The translations under genes and the position numbers were made by a program. Below, in pieces: positions 11,701-24,048 of a DNA stretch of 64,000 nt (its first letter is position 1; every line of letters starts with the position of its first letter). The notes below the pieces were generated by a model, which saw only the letters and a list, made by a program, of their open reading frames with translations, was not told the origin of the DNA and searched no databases. The DNA comes from Lama glama (lineage: Eukaryota), in the NCBI GenBank assembly GCA_028534125.1, contig CM052841.1:59272001-59336000 (forward strand), in the 5' to 3' direction.

Positions 11701-14700
11701 GGGCCTGCCTGAGGGGTCTGGGGCTCCTAGCAGAGTGAGACCACAGCTTCCCTGACTCCCTAGAAGGATTGCCTCAGGCAAATGAGATTAAAACCCAGAC
11801 TTTGGAGAGAGTCACATCTGAATTGGAACGCAGGTGCCTGCCGTTTGCCAGCTGCACGGGCTCAGCAGGCCGATTCACTTCTCTGCACCTTGGTTCCTTG
11901 TCTGTAAGAGGGCAACGCAGGCATCGTGCCGCGTGTGACTGCCTGGCGCAGAGCAAGTGCTCAGACCTTCTTCCCAGAGCCGGTGGACGGGGCCGCCTTC
12001 CCCAGGTCCTGGGCCCAAAGGCCTTCCCGGACAGAAACCAAATGCCTCACCGCTCCTTTAACTGAGAGATGTTTACAGCTCCTACATTTGTTTTTCTTCC
12101 AGAATTGGGTTTTATTACCCAAGAAGGAGAAAGTGAAAGGTGATCTGGAGCCTCCTCAGTTTTAAAAAGGCTCCAGGAAGCCCTGAATGGCCTGGTGATC
12201 ACTGCCTGATCAGAGACCTGGAGGATCTGAGTGTGGAGACAGATGTTTCTTGTTCCCCGGCATCAGGGGGGTGGGAGGAGCGCCCCTCCACCAACTGGTC
12301 AGAAGTTTAGTCAACCAGCTCCCCACTGGGCGCCAGTTTTATGCCAGGCCCCGGGCGAGGCACTGGTGGTTTAGAGATGATTGCTCAGATCAGTCCCCGC
12401 CTTGAAAGGCCAGCAGAGGAGGAGGAGCGGGTGACAAAGGAAGCAGTTTGTACCCAGACAGCCAGACTTTAGGGGAGAAGCCCGTATGGATGCTGTTAGA
12501 TGGGGGAGAGGTGCTGGTGCTTGGTACCAGCTGACTACCCCTGGGTGCCCACCCTGTGGGGTCCAGCTGTTTCCTCTTCATTGATGAGGAAAATGAGGCC
12601 CTGGGAGGGGACGGGGCTTTCCCAGGACCCTGGGAGAAGTGCCGAGCCTGGTTAGGACCCGACCCATGAGAGGGACTTTGCCCCATGAGAGGTTGTAGGT
12701 TCCAGGCAGAGGCTGGTAGGTGGGAAGGCCTGGAGGGGCCAGGGTGCTGTGTGGTGGGGCCCTCACTTGCAGGGGCTTGGCCTGGGATGAGGTGGGGTTG
12801 CAGGAGGGCAGGCCAGCGCCAGCTGCACAGAGTTTAGGATGCTTTCCTCGGGCGTTTGGGTCTTTTTCTGAGGAGCGTTGGGTGGGGAGTGGCAGATTAG
12901 GATTTGTGTCTTACTGGGGGGACCTTCCCATGGTGGGCTGGAGTTCAGGTCATCAGGTGGGAGACGACTACAGGGACCCCACTGAGCAGGGGCCAGGCCA
13001 GCAGAGGGCAGGGATTCTGGATAAGTGGAGACTTGCTGGACTGGATGAAGCCCAGACGTGCGCTGTGAAGAGGGTAAGGCGTCTTGGCCATGAGCCCAGG
13101 TTCCTGCCGGGTCCCTGGGCAGACAGGAGACCCCGTCGCTGAGATGAGGACCCAGCAAAGAGCAGGCAGAAGCTGGGTTTGGGCAGGTGAGTCTTCAGTG
13201 CCTTTGACTTTTGGTGATTGGGGTCTGAAGAGAGGCCCCAGGCTAGAGAGAGATAGTGGTGGGTTGAGGAGAGGCAAGCCAGAAGAGAATGGGGTTGGGA
13301 GTGCCAGGGAGGTGAGCTGAGTGGGCCCTTCTTCCCCTGGCTAGGTGGGCACCACGTTGCCCCTTAGCCGCTGGACTCCAGATTCTGAAGGCCCCGCTGC
13401 CCGGAGGAGGGGGCTAGGGACCTCTCCGCACAGGCTGCAGTGCCCTCCCAGGGGCTGCACGTGTCTTAGAGAAGCCAAGCTCCTGCTGGTCATGGAGCCG
13501 CGGAATCTGAGTAGCATGTGTGGCTTTGAGGGTGGGGGTGAGGGGACACAGGACCAGTCAGGAAGCCAGACACCATCTGCGGCACGTCCCCCGCAGCTCC
13601 CAGGCTCCCATGACTCTGGCCTGAGATCTGGCTGCTTCCTGTCAAGTGATGAATGGGCAACGTCTGCTTATCCTGAGACCAGAAGAGAAGGGGGGCTGGG
13701 GTGGGGGAAGGGCTCAGCAACCAGAGCCACACCTCTGGGCCAGAATTCACTGATTCATTCACTCACTCACTCTCCAAGGAGGTCTGGGAGTAGGGGAGTC
13801 AGACTTGGTTTCGAGTGTCAGTTCTGCCTACTGCCTGCTGGGTGACCTTGGGCTGGTCACTTAATCCTTCTGAACTTTCGGTTCCCCCTCTGCACCACGT
13901 GGATGACAGCAGCCTCCGCCTCGGGTGGCTGTAAGGAGGAGCGAGGCGTGCACGCTCCGCTAGTGTCGGGCTCTTATGAGGTCCTCCCTGCCAGCCAGTC
14001 CGCATGGCCAGGCTGTTCCCTGCTGCCCCAGGCCCTGTGCTGGGACATGTCAGTGGCCTCTCTTTCTCTAGTTAGTCACAGCCTCCCTGATCTGAGGATC
14101 AGGCTCAAATGGCGGTTCTCTCCGCTGCGTGGACTTACTTTGGCAAGTCACGTTTTCCCTTGGAGCCTTGGTTTCCTCATCTGCACAATGGGGGCAATGG
14201 CACATCTTGGGATTCTTGGGAAATGTCAGACAACTCAGCTTGAGGAGGTGCTTGACGTGGATGTTGGCAGAGGCTGAAGCTGGTCCGGCCTTGACCTCCC
14301 CAGTGGCCAGCCTGTGAGCTGCCTGGTCTCCTACTGGACCCCAGCTTTCCGTCTGTGCAGGGGCGTGTTGGGCCATGCTGGCCTGTGGCACCTCTCCTCT
14401 CCCAGCTGGCTGAAGACCCCAGGCCATGGGTATCTATCCTAAGCTTCTGTCGCCAGGAGCCTGGTGGACAAGCAGAAATAGCGCCTGGTGCCTGCCCTGG
14501 TGTTGGGTCACTCATTCCGTGTGTAGGGGAGGGTGTGAAGTCACCGGGACAGTTTCCTACTTTGGGAAAACCCCCTGTGAAGCTGTTCACTCAGCCGGAA
14601 GGTCTGACAAGGGGCCTTCCCCAGAGAAACTGGCGCAGGTATGGCGTCCAGGGGAGGCCGAGCTTCCAAGGTCTCCCATCGGCCTGGGAGTCGCAGCGGC

Positions 14701-15289
14701 CTTCACCGGCTCCACCCCCACCCAAACCAGGGGCAGTGACGCCCCTGCCCCAGTGGACGGACTGAGAACGTGGCTGGGCGCAAAGCCTGACCACATGCAC
14801 ACACACGTGCAGAAAAGGTGAGGAGGAGACAGATACACCCACACAGATCCTTGCACACTCAGTCCCCCAGATCTGCCCCAAGCTGGGTCTTGGGCCTGAG
14901 CCTTCCTGGTGTCTTCGATCATCTCTCACTGGGAGGGTAGGGCTTCAGTGAGCCGCCAGCCTCCACGAAGTGTGGTATTTGGCAAGAGGCAAAGGAGGGA
15001 CATGCTTTCCTCTGGATAAAGTTTTAGAAATTGGGAGGCAAATGCCAGTTAACAGTCTTGGTCAGAAACCTCACAGTCCAGCCCAGTTGGGAGCCGATCC
15101 CTTCCAGGAAGTGCCCGGATTAAACCCAAGGCCTCATGTCTCTCTAGGGACACGCCCCACATTGGTAAGAGCCTTGAAGAAGGCCAGGGCGGGAGGAGCA
15201 CGTCAGGGGTCTTTGCACAGGCGGCCGCAGTTCCCTTAAGTGATGAAGAGGGTGTTTGCTCCAGAGCCACCCCAAAGAGGCCATGCAGT

Positions 15290-15660
15290 GGAGTAGACAG
15301 AGCGTGATTGCAGTTCAGCAGCCCCAGCTCTGTCTTTTACCAGCTGTGTGACCTTGGGCAAGTCCCAGCCCCTCTCTGAGCCCCAGGTCCTATGTTTGTC
15401 ACATGGAGGCAGCCCCTCCTCCACTGGCCAGTGCTGATCGTGGTGATGACGCCGGTAGCAGCTAAAGACTCAGGGGGTCCTCCACATGTGCCGGGCTCTG
15501 GTCTCAGGGGTTTGCATCTGTTAACACACTTAATCTTCTCAGTGATCCTGAAAGGTACATCTTACTCTTAGCCCCATTTTCCAGATGAGGAAACTGAGAT
15601 ACTGCATGGTTGAAGGAAGCAGAGCCAGGGTTTGAACCCAGGCAGTTGGGTTCCCAAACA
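15290..15660. mobile_element. Two MIR fragments in opposite orientation
   Basis: ccagctgtgtgaccttgggcaagtc (+) and cccattttccagatgaggaaactgag ... gggtttgaacccaggcag (-). Confidence 0.75.
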
Positions 15661-16659
15661 GCCCTAGGCCTTACTCCCCGGGCTTGTCCTGTCCGGTCCC
15701 CAGCTGCCTGGCAGACAGGCACGTACTTGGGACCTGGGCTGGGAAGCCACACTGTGTGTCCCCAGCGCCTTGTAAATGCAGGGCCCTTGCTCGCTGCAGA
15801 AGAAAGGCCCCCTTTGAGGTGGCGCTCAGCGTGGCCTGCGGCTCTGGGTCTCACATTCCATGGATTTTTGGCCCCTGACTTGGGCTTGGCAACCGGGGTC
15901 CCATTGTTCTGCAACTTGGCAGGAGCAATGGGGACAGGCAGCTCCCCGTGTTACCCGGATGTGCCCTGTGTGCAAAGGGTCTTTTCCCTGCTCTCCGTGT
16001 CTCATCCCTCCAAATCCCTTTTCTTTGGTCTTTCTGCATCTGGACCCCTTAAAAAGGGGCTTCTGGCAGGAATTTCCAGGGTCGAGGAGTTGGCTTTCCG
16101 TAGAGGTTCAGACAAACACAATGTAAATTCTTTGAAGGCCAGTCCCCCTGGAGTGTCCCAAGAGGCAGTGGCTCTCTTGGCCCCCAGAGGGGCTCTGGAG
16201 GCGGTGAGGGCTGGGTTCAGATCTCCCCTCTGTAGCTTACTCTCAACGTGACCTTGAGTCTCCGCTCTCTGAGTCTGATTCCTCAGCTTTAAAATTGGTC
16301 TGACAGCCCAGGATGAGTGGGAGAGAGCTGGCTACTCAACGCCTCAGAGAACCCTCACTGCCTTCCTCCCTCTGTTAGGTTCAGGGCAGAACCGCTCTTA
16401 GGAACAGTAATTTACCAAAGGCCGAGGGAGTTGGCAGACAAGGTGTGTGGACAGTGGTGCTGTATCTTCTCGTGCCATCCCCAAGGAAGAGGGCTCTGGG
16501 GCTTCCGTCTGTGAGCTCCTGTGGAGGGGGGATGGCCCCTGGTGGTCCACAGGCCCTGGGATCACCCCTACCCACTCTGTGCCACTCTCTTCTTGAGTGG
16601 AGAGAGCTGGCTCAGCGGGGAGCCACTGGAAAGGAAGATAACGTGTTGCTGGTAAGAGC

Positions 16660-16910
16660 CTGAGAGGAGTGCAGTGCAGGGGTTTTGGGCAAAGATGCCA
16701 TCCCAGGTTCAAGTCCTGGCTCCACTACCTGTGAGCTGTGTGACCTGGGCAAAGCTCTTAACCTCCCTCTGCTTTGGTTTCCTTGTCTGTAAAGTGGAAC
16801 AGTAACAGAACCGGTCTCGTGCAGTTGTTAAAATGAGATGGGCTATTAGAGGTCAAGTGTATCAGCAGGGCCCAGCACACAAAGGGCACGCAGTTGTTGG
16901 CTTATCATTA
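16660..16910 (+). mobile_element. MIR SINE, near full length
   Basis: ggttcaagtcctggctccactacctgtgagctgtgtgacctgggcaaa ... ttccttgtctgtaaagtgg. Confidence 0.8.
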
Positions 16911-19689
16911 ATATTACTGTTACTTCTGATGAGGCCAGAGCCCCCCTTGCTTTGCCCCGGGGGCCCTGTGTGAGGAATGGGGTGAGCTCCTGAGAGCCTG
17001 CAGGCCGCTGCCACCGGGCACAGATGTGGGATGCCACGTGGGGACATGGGGAACAACATTTGCAAATACCTACTAGGTCTCTGCCAGTGTGACTTGCCCA
17101 AGGTCCCAGCTGGAGAGTGACGGGGTCAGGATACAAACCCAGGCCCACTGGCCCCAAGAGGCTGGGTGAGGCCGGACGAGGTTTCCTGTCCAAGTGGCCT
17201 GGGAGCAGGTGGGCAGGGGAGCTGCACCTGGTGCCTTCTGAGATGAAGCCCGAACCTTCTCGCTGGAGACAGACCCTGGAGGTCTCCCTAAGGGCAGAGG
17301 ACTGAGAACTTGTCACCCTGGGGGGTCTGGGGGGCGCAGCCCCAAGCCGCTGCAGAGCCTGCAGGAGTCTCCGGTTTTATCTTACAATTCATGCGCATTT
17401 TACATTTTATTCCTCTGTATCTGGTTTACTGCCACACACGTTTCCCCCTCAAGTAGCATCCCTGCCTCGGGAAGCTGCTTGTGTTTATCTGTTTATCCTG
17501 GGGCTTTTCGTACCCAGGTCCTCTCTGTATCACCCGAGGGGTGTGCACTCTGGTGCAGAAGCCCAGGCACAGATAGTGGGGAGGTGCTGAGGGGCTGTGG
17601 TCCCGTCTGCATTTCAGGAAGTAGCCCTGGCGGCCCACACAGAGGAGGAGGGCTTGGTGAAAAGGGCAGCAGGTGCTGGGGGGACCTAGAGGTCCGGGCA
17701 GAGGGGAGGCCTGTGCTGGGGCAGAGGCAGGGGGATGGAGGTGGGGCGAGACCTCAGAGGTACGGGCACACCTGTAATGCCATGTGGCCTAGCTCTCCGC
17801 CATCTACTTTGTGTGCTGGAGAGCAGTGTTACCCCCAGGTGCTTAGGAAAGGGGTGTGAGGGAGGAACTGGGCCTGCCCTGGGAACATGGAGGAAGGAGG
17901 GGCACTGGACACCGGTGTGCCTCCGAGGGCAGAGCTGGGGAGGCCGAGGGTCAAGCTCAGCAGGTGATTCAGGGTTTGGTGGCCACCCTTTGACAGGTCA
18001 GAGGGTGTCCTAGACAAACCTGACCCCGGGAGGGCTGGCCTGACAACCACCGGAAAAAAATTCGGTGGGGAGGGAGGAAGAGTGGAGACCAAGTCCCCAA
18101 GACACCGACAGTGACCGTCCCGCAGGTGTGGGTTCCCTTCCTGCCACGAGAGCACCCTGTTCTTGTGGGGCACATGTCCACTTAGGAGGTGCGCACAGTG
18201 GGGGCTGCCGACCCGCTGGGCCAAGGGAAGCCTGTCAGCTCAGGCTTGGGCTGGTGGGGACAGCTCGGGGCACGGATGACCAAGTTAAAGGTGGAGAGGC
18301 GCAGAGCCCGTCTAGGGAGAAAGATGATGCCCTGGGTTGGGTTCTCCAGGAGCAGACCTTGAGACGAAGCCGTGTGGGGGAAACCACGAGGGAGCGGGGG
18401 AGGCAGACGAGCAGGAGTGTGATCTCAGACCAAATCACTGACCCCACTCAGGTCTCTGCGGTGAGTTACACCTCAGAGTGTCCTGGCCGGAGGGAGGGGA
18501 GCTGGCTTTCACACTCGGTGCCCCTGAGTCATGGATCTCCAGGGACTTTAATGCTCCAGAGGGTAAAGATGGAGCTGCTCCAAAAGCCTGGGATAGTCCT
18601 TCAGGGTTCTGTTTGGGGTGGGTCACCCCCGGGACAGCCGGGGCGGGGTCTGGTGGGAGGAGCAGCAGCCTGGCTCAGGGGCCACACCTCCCGGTTGTCT
18701 TCCAGGCATTGGCTGCTTTCATCCTCAGCAGGCCTGGCCCTGGACCCTGAGGTTGAGGTGCTGTGCTTGTGGGTGAATGGAGGGCTTTCCGCCTGAGGAG
18801 GAGCACTTTTCCTCTTGCATCCAAGAGGATCCCGGGCCATATGGCTTCTTCTGTGTGCCTGAGCCTGGGTCCTGCCCCAAAGGCGCTTGTCTGCTAGGGA
18901 GGCCGGCCGAGGCTGCCTGTGACACCAGCAGTAGAAGGGATATTGGGAGTGATACTGAGATGGCCGTTAGCTCAGGCCTGGGCACGTGGTGGATGCTTAA
19001 TCAGGAACAGCTACAGAGGTTACTATGGCAACTGGGGGCTGGCATCCTTGACTCTCCTGGGGGCCCAAGCCCTGGAGGTGGAAGGGGCTGCTCCTTGGGG
19101 AGCAGGACTGTGAGTGGAACCTATGGCCTTGGCCATCCCAGTGTCTGGTGTGCCAGGCCCAGGAAGGATGGGGACATGGGGTCCTTCCTGCAGCTGCTAC
19201 TTGCAGTCCGACTCAGGGTCGGTCTCTCTTGGCTACCTAGGATGGCAACGCGGGTTTATGTGGGGGTGGGGATGGGGGTCAGGCATAGAGGACAGTAATG
19301 TGGGAACTAGAAGCTTTGGAGCCTGACGCATGTGGAGCTGAACCGGTGCCTCCTTTGCTGGCAGTGAGGGGGCCACTTTTGGACTTCTCCCTTACAGAGC
19401 CTCAGTTTCGCCCTCTATCCAATGCAGATAGAGCTAGCAACCTAGGTGGGATAGCATAATGGAGGGAAGGTGTGTCACATGGGGTGTCAAGTCCCAGCCC
19501 CGCCAGTTGGGTTACAGTGGGCAAGTTATCTAACTGCTCGGCACCTCAGCCTGCACATCGGTAAAATGGGGCAAGTGAGGGGACTTCCTCAGTCCGAGGG
19601 CCGTCTAGAGGAGAAAGTCAGCAGGCTTGTGTATAAGAAAGCCCTCCTTTTCTGTTGCAGCGTGTGCCCTCGCGAGGCTGGCATGCAGG

Positions 19690-19779
19690 ATGGCAGGACA
19701 GCCCAGCCACATGCCCCACGGGGGGAGCCCGAACAGCCTCTGCCACACCCCAGGGCCCGCACACCCTCCTGACGCCCAG
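19690..19779 (+). CDS. NEK6: NEK6 first coding exon (aa 1-30, MAGQPSHMPHGGSPNSLCHTPGPAHPPDAQ); exon begins at 19661 with 29 nt of 5'UTR
   Basis: Acceptor ccttttctgttgcag ends 19660; ATG in strong Kozak context (aggATGg); donor CAG|gtaagc; peptide matches the NEK6 N-terminus. Confidence 0.95.
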
Positions 19780-22700
19780 GTAAGCCCTCTTCCTTTGTCT
19801 GCTGTGTGTTGGAGTCTCCGAGGAACACAGATCCCCAAGGCTGCTTTGTCCCGGCCACTGGAGGAAGCCTCTTGGCAGCCCCGAGACAGCCTCTTCTTGA
19901 ATGCCCCCAGTGATGGGAGCAGAGCCCACTCCCGGACCATTCAGCCCTTTGTTTCAGTCAGCAGCACCCAGAGACACATTCTGTGTGCCAGATTCTCGGT
20001 GGGGATGCCACCCCTGGTCCTGCTCCTGGGGTTTCCATGTGAATGGAACAGCTTTATCTCAGAGGGATCAGCACTGGTTTGAAGGAGTTGTGGAAGCCCC
20101 AAGGTGGGGGGGGGCGCAGGGGAACGGGCAGGGTGTATGTGGGGTCAGAATGCGCTTTCTTACTCTGGGGCGGTCTCCTCCTTTCTGGGCCTGACTGTAC
20201 TCTGGTTCTCTTTAGCCTTTTTGTCTAGAACCAGCAGAGCTTTGGGACACTGGTTTCTTTACACCTGCCCCACTCTCTCTGCAGAGCCTTGGAGAGGCAA
20301 GGCAAACTTTCACAGCTTTTCTGAAGGTGGCTTCAGAAATTCAGAGCTCCATGCACACCCCACACCTTTGCACATGCTGTTCCCAGGGCCTGGGGTCCCC
20401 TCCTTGACTCCCCCTCCAGGCCCTCAGTCCAAATGCCACTGCTTCTGGGGAGCCTTCTTGTTCCACCCCCCTCCCAGCTCTGCCGCCTCCATACCAGGTT
20501 CCAGGGTCTGCCTCTCTTCCTAGACAGGATCCTCCAGGGTGGCTACACCTGTTGCACCATCCCGGGCCAAGTAAGTGCCTGCCGAGTTCATAAACTACAG
20601 ATGTGTGCAGTGCACCCACCCAGGATACGGCTGTGTGTGAACAGACCCAGACTTGCTGTTAGCGAGCACACAATCTCAAGGGACAAAGATAAGAAAGAAA
20701 GCAGAAGAAGCTGGGGACCAGTGGAACTCCAGCAAGGCACATGATCTGAACCAGGGGACCCGAGAGGCTTCCTGGAGGAAGTGGCATTCAGAGGCTTGGC
20801 TGGGCAGATCGGCCAGGGCCAGATGCTGTAGGGTCCTACGGGCAGCCTGGAATGATTGTCCAGGGCTGGCTTTTGTCCCAGGCTTGTGAGACCTAGCTCA
20901 GGAGGAGACTCAGAGACAGCCACCTTCCTGGGCCATGGAAGGATTGTCACAGCTTCTGGCTGCCTAGTCCTGTTGGAGGATTTTTAGTGGACTGATATTT
21001 GACGTGCTTGGGCAGGGTTGCCGCGTACAGTTGTACAGGTTATACACTGCCCAAAGGTGCCTGGCCAAGGAGGCAGATGAGTCTGAACTTCTTCTCCTGC
21101 ACCTGAGCTCTCATCAAGCCATGCTGCCTAGTGTGGGGCTGCATCAGCCCAAGGGAAATGGCACCTCCATAGATTCACACCGAGGCGACATATGAACTAA
21201 GACCAACTATGTATGTGTGTGTGTGTAACACAGAAGGTCCAGAGGCATCTGTGCTGTTTGTCCTCTCAGTTCCAGTTACTGGCTGGGGTGCATTTCCTAG
21301 TTGGAATTTGGGGAAACAGGTCCCAGAAAGCTGGAAAGCTCATGGACACTGTTGGTCCAGGGTCCACTAGGACATCTCCTCAATGGCTGGGGGCACTGGG
21401 GCCTCCTCGAGTAATGTAGCAATTTGTCATGTTAAGTCATTCACTAACAATTGAGTCCCCCTTGATTAATCTCCCAGAATTAGCCAGTTGCATTTTGAGC
21501 AATTAGGGTTAATTACAGCCTCATTTGGCAGAGCAGAGAGCCCCGTAATTATCTCACGAAGCAGGCGAGGAGGTGGTGGGCTGCAGCGGTGGCGGCGGCG
21601 GCAACGTCCGGGTGTCTCCTCGCACATGTTGGAGTGGGTAATGACATAGTTAAGTGTAATTAGATACGATTACTCGGCGTTGGCTGGCGGCTGGTGGGAA
21701 GATGCCCCCAGCCAGCCAGCATCTGGCCGAGTTTGCAGAACCAGGGCACAGGCCTGTTGACGCTGGGGCTGCTGCAAGTCGGGCTGGAACGAAAACAGTC
21801 AGGCATTTTCTCTCTCTCTCCTCGTCTCGTGGAGACGGGCATTTAAACACTGTCTGGGGAGATATCATGGCTCAAACCTTGCCTGTTGCAGGACGTAGAA
21901 ACCCCTCAAGTTGACGGCAGAGGCATTTTCCTTTATGGCAGGAGGCTTTGCTGTTTCCCCGAAATCATCCTTAGAGAAAATTCAGGCTCCATGATGGCAA
22001 GAATGTTGTGCTCTGGACCAGACTAGATTTGGTTTCCAACTCCACCCCTCACTAGCCGGGTGACATTGGGTAAATGACCTTCCTGAGCCTCCATTTCCTA
22101 ATCTGTAAGATGGGCCCATAAAGAAAGCGAGATGGTATATTTTAAACACCCAGTATGGTATCCAACATCATGGGTGTTAATGAAATGGCATGTCACTGAT
22201 CTTACATTTTGAAAATCATTTTGGTTTTCACAGCTAAAGAGCCCAGAGATGGAAAACTCCACTCTTTTCCCCAGTGGAGAAAGAACAATTTAGCAAACAC
22301 TCAGACTTTGGCTTTTGTTAACCTTCTGTGTCCAAGGCTAGTAATTTGTTCGTTTCAAGGTGCTTTCTAGCTCTGGGTGCTCTGAGCAAATGAAAATATG
22401 TTTGTCTAACTGGGGAGAATCATATGTGAATTTCATATATACTTGAGAAAGTGGAACATGGTTGCTTTTATTGAGGTTTCTAATGAATGAATGAATGGAG
22501 TTGAAAAAAGGAGCTTAAAATTTCCCCGTGGCTTAAGATTCTACCAGTTTGCTTCAAAGTGTCTTCATCAGGAAAGAAAGGCAAGGCTCAGCTGACCCAC
22601 TAAGAACCACATGAATTTCCAAGAAGGAGAAAGGTGTTCTCGTCTGAGAAAGCCCCAGCTAATGTGTCTTCCATCTGGAAAGTCTTTGTAAACCTGCTTG

Positions 22701-23836
22701 GGACGTGCCAAATGCAGCTATATTCGGTACTATTCAGAGAGAGAGGAATGTGCATAACTTTGCAGGGGGTGGGGACAGCTGTCCTTAGGTCTACATTGTA
22801 CAGACCAAAATCTTTATGAAAATCTTCCCAAAGCAATGATGGTAGTTAGGTAAGATTAAATGACCAAATACTAACTAAGAGCCATTAAAATTCAAGGAGT
22901 GTTTGCTAAGTGCTGTAAATTCGGCAAGTGCTTGTCTCCTTTCTGCCTTGGGTCTGCTGGGGAGCCCTCTACATAAGTAGGTGAAGACGGTGCAGAGGTG
23001 GAAGCCCCCAGGGAGGGATAGACAGATGCAGAGGAAGCCCAGGGAATGGGGTGGCTGGTTCTGCCCGGGGCATCATGGTCGACAGGGAAAGCTCTAGAAA
23101 GGAGGTGCCATGGGCTGACGATGATCAGGAGTTTGAGGCATGAAAGGGAGAAGAGGATGTTCCAGGAAGAGGAAAGAGCCAGATTCTCTCTGGCTTCAGA
23201 TTCTGGTTCCAGATTCTCTCATCCATATGTTTAAGCTCAGCTTTCTCTGAGCTTGGTTAGTGAGGCTCATCCTGGGGGAGTCACCACAATAGAGATGATT
23301 TTAGATTTTGTCTTCAGGTGTCTCCATGCTTTGGGCATCTTGCTCACTGTTCCTATGAGCTGAGTGCAGATAGTGTAGATTGACTTCCAAGTTGAGACCA
23401 TCATGGTGGTTGTGCCAACATTACAATGCCTGGCACTTAGCACCTCATTTCATCTTCCTACCAACTCAGAGAAGGACATCTTATTCAGAACTCTGTTTTG
23501 CAGTAGAAGAAACCAAGATGAGTAGTAACTTGTCCATTTTGCTCTTGAGGGGCAGAGCAAAGAGTAGCTCCAGGTCTTGTGGCCCCACTGAGCACCTTCT
23601 GGCCACTGGGTCTGCAGGAGGGAAGACAGGCTTCGGGTATGAAATTAGCCAGATCGTGAAGAGCTGAGTGGGGTTGGCCTCATACGGAGTCTGACAACAT
23701 GGACTCTGTAAATGGCGCCCTTCTTTTGTGCAATGCAGTTTAAAACACATCGCTGTATACACATACACCGAATCCATTAGAAGTTCCCTACACACGATGT
23801 CAGATGTCTTTAAAGGTGAAATTCGTTTACAGGAAA

Positions 23837-24048
23837 NNNNNNNNNNNNNNNNNNNNNNNNNNNNNNNNNNNNNNNNNNNNNNNNNNNNNNNNNNNNNNNN
23901 NNNNNNNNNNNNNNNNNNNNNNNNNNNNNNNNNNNNNNNNNNNNNNNNNNNNNNNNNNNNNNNNNNNNNNNNNNNNNNNNNNNNNNNNNNNNNNNNNNNN
24001 NNNNNNNNNNNNNNNNNNNNNNNNNNNNNNNNNNNNNNNNNNNNNNNN
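23837..24048. other. Assembly gap (N run)
   Basis: N run; followed by atgctcctgctt + A12. Confidence 0.99.

Noticed and set aside
12103-12139. Possible cryptic 37-nt 5'UTR exon (tttttcttccag ... AAG|gtgatc)
   Set aside because: Weak donor, no transcript evidence; such pseudo-exons are common
15290-15660. Inverted MIR pair as a possible dsRNA or miRNA hairpin
   Set aside because: Copies are too diverged for a stable duplex by eye; inverted MIRs are frequent at this density
18065-18796. 243-aa ORF and the many other 100-230 aa ORFs in introns
   Set aside because: No recognisable homology; many start at GTG/TTG; stop-codon scarcity in GC-rich DNA explains them
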